A stretch of DNA of 64,000 bases, from assembly GCF_988243305.1 (NCBI RefSeq), contig NZ_OZ547136.1. The stretch is one strand, 5' to 3'. Shown piece by piece: positions 1-10,472 of the stretch. Within the stretch, counting starts at the first letter, position 1. Each line of letters starts with the position of its first letter. The position numbers were made by a program, and so were the translations under genes. The notes below the pieces were generated by a model. It was given only the letters and a program-made list of their open reading frames with translations, searched no databases and was not told the DNA's origin.

Positions 1-150
1 GCATCACTGCTGCCGTGCGATAACGTCTTTGCCATCGAAAGCCGCTGGTATCGCGATAACCCTCTGGTGATCCGCGGACCAGGCGCAGGGCGCGATGTCA
101 CCGCCGGGGCGATTCAGTCGGATATCAACCGGCTGGCGCAGTTGTTGTAA
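1..150 (+). CDS. metL: Bifunctional aspartokinase II / homoserine dehydrogenase II, 3' end only (partial; start lies upstream of window)
   Basis: Frame 1 reads through to TAA at 148-150, giving a C-terminus ...RDNPLVIRGPGAGRDVTAGAIQSDINRLAQLL that I recognise as MetL; position immediately upstream of metF fits E. coli synteny. Confidence 0.8.
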   Translation, partial: ASLLPCDNVFAIESRWYRDNPLVIRGPGAGRDVTAGAIQSDINRLAQLL

Positions 151-1244
151 TCCTGAGCCAGAGAAAGCAGTATTTGCATAACGCGCCCTGCGGAAAGCGG
201 GGTGCTGTGAGTAAATACTGCTTGTTTATGTAGCCAGTCGATAAAATGTCTGCTGGTTGCTAAAGAGAGCATTTCAGCTTTGCTGATATTTCCGCCCGTT
301 AATGCACATACCATTTTACGATTTTTTCCCTGAACCCAGAGTTGCCACTGATTTTTCCACCAGCCGTGATAAGTTGTTCCCTGAAAACGCCAGGGCATAT
401 TATCGGTATCGTCAGCTATTTCCTCTTCAATAAACCAAATCTCACCTTGCTGTTGGCGAAACAGATCAGCCCATGCCGTAATAATGGCACCTCTTAAAAA
501 ACACTCGTGTGAAATTACATGTGTTTTTACTGTAGGGAAGAGAATATTCAGTACTCTGAAATGCCCGTGTGCAGTGATAACCGGACGCAGAATAACACCT
601 TTAGCATTGCGTTTGAGCGCTGCGCTGCCATACTGAATTTCATCAAACTGACTGCGGCGTAGAAATTGTGCTTCGCGCATATCAACGCGTTGTACAATAT
701 TACTCTCGTGTAACTCTGGTTCTGCATTCCCTCTGTATCGATAATGCAGACTTTCTCCAGCCTGATGCTGCGTGTAATTAGTAGAAAGATGAAGAATATT
801 ACCGCGAAGAGCATCAAAACTGATTAAAACATACAGTTTCTGCCCGCTGCTGACTCCCTGAAATGGCACGAGAAAAGCAACCGTTTCGATTATTTCAGGA
901 GGCGTTATTTCTTTCTGATATTGTTTGGGTGTCCATACTTTTTTGCAGTTACGGCATTGAATGCGTTGCGAACCCTGTGGATTGTGACCATAACAAATCG
1001 TATCTGTACCATAACATACCGGGCAAAAATGGCCTTTCTCTGTTGCAAAAGTAGATAAGTGAACTGACAACCAGTCACGAAATTGTTGCTCGTCAAACAA
1101 CGGCGGGTAACTGCCACATGCCCGACAGTGCAATGCCGGATAACCCAGTCGATAGTCTGGCCAGCTGTAATCTGTCGAAGTTGGCTGCCCTAAATTACGG
1201 CAACCAAACGACTTGCAGGCATTAATCGTAAACAGAGTCGACAT
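114..1244 (-). CDS. Hypothetical cysteine-rich protein with two predicted N-terminal zinc ribbons (Cx4C...CxxC and CxxC...CxxC), possibly transposase-derived; function unknown
   Basis: 376-aa ORF with ATG start (1242-1244) and a GGTGA Shine-Dalgarno-like motif 5-6 nt upstream. Cys pairs at residues 10/15, 40/43, 74/77 and 97/100; the segment CPVCYG...GSQRIQCRNCKKVW resembles IS1595/ISXO2-type transposase zinc ribbons. No other motif recognised in the C-terminal ~260 aa. Not part of the K-12 gene order as I recall it. Confidence 0.7.
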   Translation of the reverse strand: MSTLFTINACKSFGCRNLGQPTSTDYSWPDYRLGYPALHCRACGSYPPLFDEQQFRDWLSVHLSTFATEKGHFCPVCYGTDTICYGHNPQGSQRIQCRNCKKVWTPKQYQKEITPPEIIETVAFLVPFQGVSSGQKLYVLISFDALRGNILHLSTNYTQHQAGESLHYRYRGNAEPELHESNIVQRVDMREAQFLRRSQFDEIQYGSAALKRNAKGVILRPVITAHGHFRVLNILFPTVKTHVISHECFLRGAIITAWADLFRQQQGEIWFIEEEIADDTDNMPWRFQGTTYHGWWKNQWQLWVQGKNRKMVCALTGGNISKAEMLSLATSRHFIDWLHKQAVFTHSTPLSAGRVMQILLSLAQDYNNCASRLISD

Positions 1245-1301
1245 ATATCACCAACGATTTCACAAGGTCGTTGATTTTGTCCGGCAACGCTCCCTTGTGG
1301 A

Positions 1302-1317
1302 TGTGATTGCTCTCACA
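1302..1317. promoter_or_regulatory. Candidate CRP (cAMP receptor protein) binding site, perfect consensus palindrome TGTGA-N6-TCACA
   Basis: tgtgattgctctcaca read directly in the divergent intergenic region; centre ~67 bp upstream of the 1377 ATG. Confidence 0.45.
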
Positions 1318-1376
1318 TAAATAACTCTTTCAGAACGTAATGTAGCAATCCTTTATCTCACTGGAAGGGATTGTTT

Positions 1377-2930
1377 ATGAAAATTAAAATGCTTGCTGCG
1401 GGTATCGCATTAACACTGTCGTTTTGGGCTTGCGCCAAAGATGTCACCATCATTTATACCAACGACCTCCATGCACATGTAGAGCCTTATAAAGTGCCGT
1501 GGATTGCTGACGGTAAACGAGATATTGGCGGCTGGGCAAATATCACTACGCTTGTTAAACAAGAAAAAGCTAAAAACAAAGCGACCTGGTTTTTTGATGC
1601 GGGTGACTATTTTACCGGGCCGTATATCAGCAGCCTGACTAAAGGCAAGGCGATTATCGATATTATGAATACCATGCCGTTCGATGCGGTCACTATAGGT
1701 AATCATGAATTTGATCACGGCTGGGACAACACATTATTACAGTTGAGTCAGGCAAAATTCCCGATTGTGCAGGGCAATGTTTTTTATCAGAACAGCAGTA
1801 AATCATTCTGGGATAAGCCCTATACCATCATTGAAAAAGACGGCGTGAAAATTGGCGTGATTGGTTTGCACGGTGTATTTGCCTTTAATGATACGGTATC
1901 TGCGGCAACGCGAGTGGGTATTGAGGCGCGTGATGAAATTAAATGGCTACAACGTTATATCGATGAACTCAAAGGCAAGGTTGATTTGACCGTTGCGCTG
2001 ATTCACGAAGGTGTTCCGGCCCGCCAGTCCAGTATGGGGGGCACAGATGTGCGCCGCGCACTGGATAAAGATATTCAGACGGCAAGTCAGGTGAAAGGGC
2101 TGGATATTTTGATCACCGGGCATGCACATGTGGGTACGCCGGAACCGATTAAAGTCGGCAATACGCTCATCCTCTCCACTGACAGCGGCGGGATTGATGT
2201 GGGCAAACTGGTTCTCGACTACAAAGAGAAGCCGCATGATTTTACGGTGAAAAACTTCGAGCTTAAAACCATTTACGCCGACGAGTGGAAGCCCGATCCG
2301 CAAACGAAACAGGTGATCGACGGCTGGAATAAAAAGCTTGATGAAGTGGTGCAACAAACGGTCGCGAAATCGCCGGTTGAATTAAAACGTGCCTATGGTG
2401 AATCGGCTTCCCTCGGGAACCTGGCGGCGGACGCTTTACTGGTAGCGGCGGGTAAAAACACCCAATTGGCGTTAACCAACTCTGGCGGTATTCGCAATGA
2501 GATCCCCGCAGGGGCGATTACGATGGGCGGCGTCATCAGTACCTTCCCGTTCCCCAATGAACTGGTGACGATGGAGCTCACAGGTAAACAATTACGCAGT
2601 TTGATGGAACACGGCGCAAGTTTAAGTAATGGCGTTTTACAGGTATCGAAAGGCCTGGAAATGAAGTACGACAGCAGCAAACCGGTTGGTCAGCGGGTAA
2701 TCACACTGACTCTGAATGGCAAACCCATTGAAGATGCGACGATTTACCACATTGCTACTCAGAGTTTCCTTGCTGATGGTGGAGATGGTTTTACCGCCTT
2801 TACCGAAGGGAAAGCGCGTAACACAACGGGCGGTTATTACGTTTATCACGCCGTGGTTGATTACTTCAAAGCGGGCAATACCATTACGGATGAACAGATC
2901 AACGGTATGCGCGTGAAAGATATCAAGTAA
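1377..2930 (+). CDS. Secreted (periplasmic) bifunctional metallophosphoesterase / 5'-nucleotidase-family protein (UshA/CpdB-like)
   Basis: ORF track 1371..2930 begins at TTG; ATG at 1377 with GGAAGGGA 8 nt upstream is the more likely start (~517 aa). N-terminal signal peptide [20 protein letters not shown]. Calcineurin-like phosphoesterase motifs [23 protein letters not shown]; C-terminal region with GNLAADALL and NSGGIR typical of the 5'-nucleotidase C-terminal domain. Confidence 0.85.
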   Translation: MKIKMLAAGIALTLSFWACAKDVTIIYTNDLHAHVEPYKVPWIADGKRDIGGWANITTLVKQEKAKNKATWFFDAGDYFTGPYISSLTKGKAIIDIMNTMPFDAVTIGNHEFDHGWDNTLLQLSQAKFPIVQGNVFYQNSSKSFWDKPYTIIEKDGVKIGVIGLHGVFAFNDTVSAATRVGIEARDEIKWLQRYIDELKGKVDLTVALIHEGVPARQSSMGGTDVRRALDKDIQTASQVKGLDILITGHAHVGTPEPIKVGNTLILSTDSGGIDVGKLVLDYKEKPHDFTVKNFELKTIYADEWKPDPQTKQVIDGWNKKLDEVVQQTVAKSPVELKRAYGESASLGNLAADALLVAAGKNTQLALTNSGGIRNEIPAGAITMGGVISTFPFPNELVTMELTGKQLRSLMEHGASLSNGVLQVSKGLEMKYDSSKPVGQRVITLTLNGKPIEDATIYHIATQSFLADGGDGFTAFTEGKARNTTGGYYVYHAVVDYFKAGNTITDEQINGMRVKDIK

Positions 2931-2986
2931 AAGTACGTATTGAGTTGATTCATCTGTTTGTTACCAGTTGATTTTGCAGATCCAGT

Positions 2987-3016
2987 ATTCGGCCTACGCG
3001 AGGGCGCAGGCCGAAT
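2987..3016. repeat. GC-rich stem-loop (9-bp stem attcggcct / aggccgaat, 12-nt loop); REP-like or terminator-like
   Basis: Inverted repeat read directly; no clear T-run on either side. Confidence 0.35.
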
Positions 3017-3238
3017 CAGATGCCTTAGCATCACCATCCGGTGGCAGGACGTTGTTTTTCGAATAAGCCCAGGTGTCGCTGTGTTGTCAGAATATCAGTC
3101 AAAACGTGCGAGGTGGATTGCGCTATAGAGAAATCTTTTATCGCCTCTAATTAAGATGAGTTTTTTTCAACTTCCCTGATTTTTCCTCACCATCATTGGT
3201 CATTTTTCGGTTGACGCCCCTCGGCTTTTCCTTCATCT

Positions 3239-3270
3239 TTACATCTGGACGTCTAAATGGATAGATGTTC
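3239..3270 (+). promoter_or_regulatory. MetJ operator (tandem 8-bp met boxes) upstream of metF
   Basis: ggacgtct aaatggat agatgttc matches AGACGTCT-type met boxes; position 40-70 bp upstream of the metF start. Confidence 0.6.
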
Positions 3271-3308
3271 ACAACACAACATATAACTACAAGCGATTGA
3301 TGAGGTAA

Positions 3309-4202
<894 letters not shown>

Positions 4203-4476
4203 ATAGTGTGGCTTTTGTGAAAATCACACAGTGATCACAAATTTTAAACAGAGCACAAAATGCTGCCTCGAAATGAGGGCGGGAAAATAAGGGTGTCAGC
4301 CTTGTTTTCTCCCTCATTACTTGAAGGATATAAAGCTAAAACCCTTTTTTATAAAGCATTTGTCCGAATTCGGACATAATCAAAAAAGCTTAATTACGAT
4401 CAATTTGATCTACATCTCTTTAACCAACAATATGTAAGATCTCAACTATCGCATCCGTGGATTAATTCAATTATAA

Positions 4477-6711
<2,235 letters not shown>

Positions 6712-6720
6712 TCTGACCTT

Positions 6721-6760
6721 CTTCAGCGGCTGCCTTTCAGGCAGTCGCTGAAGTTTCTTT
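6721..6760 (+). terminator. Rho-independent terminator downstream of katG
   Basis: Hairpin cttcagcggctgcc-tttc-aggcagtcgctgaag followed by tttcttt. Confidence 0.6.
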
Positions 6761-6804
6761 ACCGGCGTATAGTGTCCACAGGAAAACTACACACTGGATC
6801 TCTC

Positions 6805-7710
6805 ATGTCTGCCGCAGGAAAGAGCAACCCACTGGCAATCAGTGGCCTGGTTGTGCTCACACTTATCTGGAGTTATAGCTGGATTTTCATGAAGCAAGTC
6901 ACCAGCTACATCGGTGCCTTCGACTTTACCGCCTTACGCTGCATTTTTGGCGCTCTCGTTTTATTCATCGTCCTTTTATTACGTGGTCGCGGAATGCGCC
7001 CGACGCCATTTAAATACACCTTAGCCATTGCCCTGTTACAAACCTGCGGGATGGTTGGTCTGGCGCAGTGGGCGCTGGTCAGCGGCGGAGCGGGGAAGGT
7101 GGCGATCCTGAGCTATACCATGCCGTTCTGGGTGGTGATTTTCGCCGCGTTGTTTCTCGGTGAACGCCTGCGACGTGGGCAATATTTCGCGATACTGATT
7201 GCCGCTTTCGGCTTATTTTTGGTGTTGCAGCCGTGGCAACTCGATTTCTCTTCGATGAAAAGTGCCATGCTGGCAATCCTCTCCGGTGTTAGTTGGGGGG
7301 CGAGCGCGATTGTTGCTAAACGTCTGTATGCCCGTCATCCGCGCGTGGATTTATTGTCGTTAACATCCTGGCAGATGCTGTATGCGGCGCTGGTGATGAG
7401 TGTGGTCGCTTTACTGGTGCCGCAACGTGAAATTGACTGGCAGCCTACCGTGTTCTGGGCGCTGGCCTACAGTGCGATTCTGGCGACGGCGCTGGCGTGG
7501 AGCTTATGGTTGTTTGTATTGAAAAACTTGCCTGCCAGTATTGCCAGTTTAAGCACACTGGCCGTTCCCGTTTGCGGCGTACTCTTTTCCTGGTGGCTGC
7601 TCGGTGAGAATCCGGGGGCCGTTGAAGGTAGCGGTATTGTGCTGATTGTGCTGGCACTGGCGCTGGTGAGCCGTAAGAAAAAAGAAGCTGTCAGTGTAAA
7701 AAGCATCTGA
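6805..7710 (+). CDS. yijE: EamA/DMT-family inner membrane transporter
   Basis: ORF 6772..7710; ATG at 6805 gives ~301 aa; multiple hydrophobic helices; synteny. Confidence 0.85.
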   Translation: MSAAGKSNPLAISGLVVLTLIWSYSWIFMKQVTSYIGAFDFTALRCIFGALVLFIVLLLRGRGMRPTPFKYTLAIALLQTCGMVGLAQWALVSGGAGKVAILSYTMPFWVVIFAALFLGERLRRGQYFAILIAAFGLFLVLQPWQLDFSSMKSAMLAILSGVSWGASAIVAKRLYARHPRVDLLSLTSWQMLYAALVMSVVALLVPQREIDWQPTVFWALAYSAILATALAWSLWLFVLKNLPASIASLSTLAVPVCGVLFSWWLLGENPGAVEGSGIVLIVLALALVSRKKKEAVSVKSI

Positions 7711-7736
7711 ATTTTTTCTTCATGTGGGGCGATCGC

Positions 7737-8354
7737 TTATTTAACAAAATACCGATAGTGCCCCACCATCCGCCAGCTAAACAGCACGTCTTCTTCCTGC
7801 GCGCCTGCGCCAATGTTATGTATCACCAGCGGCGTACCGTCGCGGGCACAGCCATCTGACACCACCCCAATATGCGCCAGCCCGTTATCTAATCGCCAGG
7901 AGACAATATCGCCCGCTTGATAATCACCGGGGTTCTTGCTGGTGGGGCGTGTTTTATCATGGCGGCTAAACCAGGTTTCCAGATTAGGCACCCGACGGTG
8001 ATCGATGTTGCTGTCCGGGCGCTTTAACTGCCATTTTTGCGGGTACTCAGCAAAATTCTTCGCCATATCTTCGTGAACCAGTTTCTGCAAATCGACCTTC
8101 TGGCTGCGCAAGGCGCGGATCACCACATCGGAACATACGCCGCGTTCTTGCGGGACATCACCGCCAGGATAGGTAAGCTGCACATACGCCGGATCGTAAA
8201 ATAGCGTGCTGCCGATTTGCTGTCTGGCACCGTCTGCGATGGCAAGGTTGGTGTTGGCCTGGATTTGTACCACGGTTGGTGGAACGGCGGGAGATTTTAA
8301 GGAGTGGCTGGTAAATGCCGTTAGCAGGCTGACCAGCGCCAGTGAAGCTTTCAT
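7737..8354 (-). CDS. yijF: DUF1287-family periplasmic protein
   Basis: 205-aa ORF with N-terminal signal peptide MKASLALVSLLTAF; synteny. Confidence 0.85.
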   Translation of the reverse strand: MKASLALVSLLTAFTSHSLKSPAVPPTVVQIQANTNLAIADGARQQIGSTLFYDPAYVQLTYPGGDVPQERGVCSDVVIRALRSQKVDLQKLVHEDMAKNFAEYPQKWQLKRPDSNIDHRRVPNLETWFSRHDKTRPTSKNPGDYQAGDIVSWRLDNGLAHIGVVSDGCARDGTPLVIHNIGAGAQEEDVLFSWRMVGHYRYFVK

Positions 8355-8502
8355 CTGGTTCGTCCGTGAAAATAAGAGTCACAGATTCGACCTTCCGGGC
8401 TAACGATTGTTCTGTAGAGAAAATGTCCAGAAGCGGATAAAAAATTCCTGAACAACGTGTGAGTTTCAGACGGGTGATAACGTATAAAAAGTGCTCGAAC
8501 AG

Positions 8503-8606
8503 TCCCCTCTCCCCTTTGGGGAGAGGGTTAGGGTGAGGGGAACAGGCCAGCTCCGGGGCGAATATTTACCCTCACCCCGACCCTCTCCCTGAAAGGGCGA
8601 GGGGGA
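8503..8606. repeat. GC-rich palindromic intergenic repeat cluster (BIME/boxC-like), containing the unit GGGGAGAGGGTTAGGGTGAGGG and its inverted partner
   Basis: cccctctcccc/ggggagaggg hairpin and ccctcaccccgaccctctccctgaaagggcgaggggg read directly; the same 37-bp module recurs at 24114-24150. Confidence 0.6.
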
Positions 8607-8684
8607 AAAACATGCCCGCAGTGACGAGTGAGCCACTTTGCCTGCACTCTCAAACTCCCGGACAAGCCGGGAGTTTGGAGTAGG

Positions 8685-9788
8685 TTATTCCCACTCTTGC
8701 AGGAAACGCTGACCGTACTGGTCGGCTACCAGCAGAGCGGCGTAAACCTGATCTGGCGTCGCGCCGCCAGGCATGTTGTGGATGGTTTCACCTTCTGCAC
8801 ATGCCGCTTCTGCCACAATTCGCATTTTCGCCGGGACATCTTCTTTAATATCCAGTTGAGCGAGAGTTATTGGCAAACCTACCGCATGGCTAAGTGCAGC
8901 TACGGTTTCGATTTCCTCAACCGGCGCGTTTTCCAGTACCAGCTGCGTCAGCGTACCGAATGCCACTTTTTCACCGTGATAATAGTGATGCGCGTCCGGG
9001 ATAGCGGTCAGGCCGTTATGCACCGCATGAGCCGCCGCCAGTCCGCCGCTTTCAAAACCAACGCCGCTTAAATAGGTGTTCGCTTCAATCACGCGTTCCA
9101 GCGCAGGGGTTACTACATGCTGTTCGGCGGCAAGCATCGCTTTTTCGCCTTCTTCCAGCAGAGTGTTGTAGCACAGTTCTGCCAGTGCCAGCGCCGCCTG
9201 GGTGCACTTGCCGCCCGCCATAGTGGTAGCGCCGCTACGGGAACAGGCGCGTGCTTCAAACCAGGTTGCCAGCGCATCGCCGATACCCGCCGCTAACAGA
9301 CGTGCAGGAGCGCCAGCGACGATTTTGGTGTCGACAATGACCATATTCGGGTTATTTGGCAACAGTAGATAGCGGTCAAACTCACCCTCATCGGTGTAGA
9401 TAACAGACAATGCGCTGCACGGTGCATCGGTAGAGGCGATAGTCGGTGCGATCGCTACCGGAACACCCATGAAATGTGCCAGTGCTTTGGCAGTATCGAG
9501 GGTTTTTCCGCCACCGATACCGAGAATTGCGCCACACTGCGCAGTCTCCGCGATGCCACGCAGACGGTCGATCTCATTTTGCGAACATTCACCGCCAAAC
9601 GGCGCAATTTCTACTACCAGTCCAGCATCTTTAAAGCTTTTCTCGACAGTGGATTGAGCAAAACCTAAAACAAATTTGTCACCCACCACTAACCAGCGTT
9701 CTGCCAGCGGCTTCAGGTATTCGCCCAGACGATTAATCACATCAGCGCCCTGGATGTATTTACCCGGTGATTGAATAATGTGGTCCAT
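8685..9788 (-). CDS. gldA: Glycerol dehydrogenase
   Basis: ORF 8685..9827; ATG at 9786-9788 gives 367 aa ([17 protein letters not shown]...); iron-containing alcohol dehydrogenase family. Confidence 0.93.
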   Translation of the reverse strand: MDHIIQSPGKYIQGADVINRLGEYLKPLAERWLVVGDKFVLGFAQSTVEKSFKDAGLVVEIAPFGGECSQNEIDRLRGIAETAQCGAILGIGGGKTLDTAKALAHFMGVPVAIAPTIASTDAPCSALSVIYTDEGEFDRYLLLPNNPNMVIVDTKIVAGAPARLLAAGIGDALATWFEARACSRSGATTMAGGKCTQAALALAELCYNTLLEEGEKAMLAAEQHVVTPALERVIEANTYLSGVGFESGGLAAAHAVHNGLTAIPDAHHYYHGEKVAFGTLTQLVLENAPVEEIETVAALSHAVGLPITLAQLDIKEDVPAKMRIVAEAACAEGETIHNMPGGATPDQVYAALLVADQYGQRFLQEWE

Positions 9789-9798
9789 AATTGCTCCT

Positions 9799-10461
9799 TT
9801 AGAGATGAGTAGTGCCAAATGCGGCATTCCAGTCGTGTTCGAACTTCTCTATAGCTGACTCTACCGCAGGGGTGTTGAGCATTTGTTGCGCTACATCTAA
9901 GGGCAGGGTGATGGATTCACATCCTGCCAGTAAACAGTCCAGCGCCTGACGCGGCGTTTTAAAGCTGGCCGCCAGCACCATGCTTTCTGGTGCGTGCATT
10001 TCTAACAGCGCTTGCAGCTCCTGAACCGTACGAATGCCGTCCCCGCCCTGGGCATCTACGCGGTTAACATACGGAGCAACGTATTTTGCCCCTGCCAGCG
10101 CGGCCAGTAACCCTTGTGCAGCACTGTACACTGCGGTGCCAAGCGTAGTAATACCCTCTTTTTTCAGCATCTTAATGGCGGCCAGACCTTCGGAAGTCAC
10201 CGGGATTTTCACCACAATGCCCGGAATGGCGTCGCGCAGGCGCTTCGCTTCTTCCACCATACCCTGCGCGTCACGACTCATAGTCTGAGCAAACAGAATG
10301 CCCTCATCACCAATCGCTTTTTGCAGACGCGGCAGAACTTCCCATATGGACTCCTTGCTGGCAGCGATAATGCTCGGGTTAGTTGTCACCCCGGCAATGG
10401 GGAATATGCGTGCCAGACGTTCGACTTCTGCGACGTTAGCGGTGTCCAGATACAGTTCCAT
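9799..10461 (-). CDS. fsaB: Fructose-6-phosphate aldolase 2
   Basis: 220-aa [16 protein letters not shown]...; transaldolase-like fold; synteny. Confidence 0.92.
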   Translation of the reverse strand: MELYLDTANVAEVERLARIFPIAGVTTNPSIIAASKESIWEVLPRLQKAIGDEGILFAQTMSRDAQGMVEEAKRLRDAIPGIVVKIPVTSEGLAAIKMLKKEGITTLGTAVYSAAQGLLAALAGAKYVAPYVNRVDAQGGDGIRTVQELQALLEMHAPESMVLAASFKTPRQALDCLLAGCESITLPLDVAQQMLNTPAVESAIEKFEHDWNAAFGTTHL

Positions 10462-10472
10462 GATGTTTCCTT

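Noticed and set aside
114-1244. Possibility that the Cys-rich gene is an intact, active IS1595-family insertion sequence
   Set aside because: I could not find terminal inverted repeats or a target-site duplication flanking it, its 3' end is embedded in metL coding sequence, and I cannot identify a DDE triad by eye. It is reported only as transposase-like or possibly domesticated, not as a mobile element.
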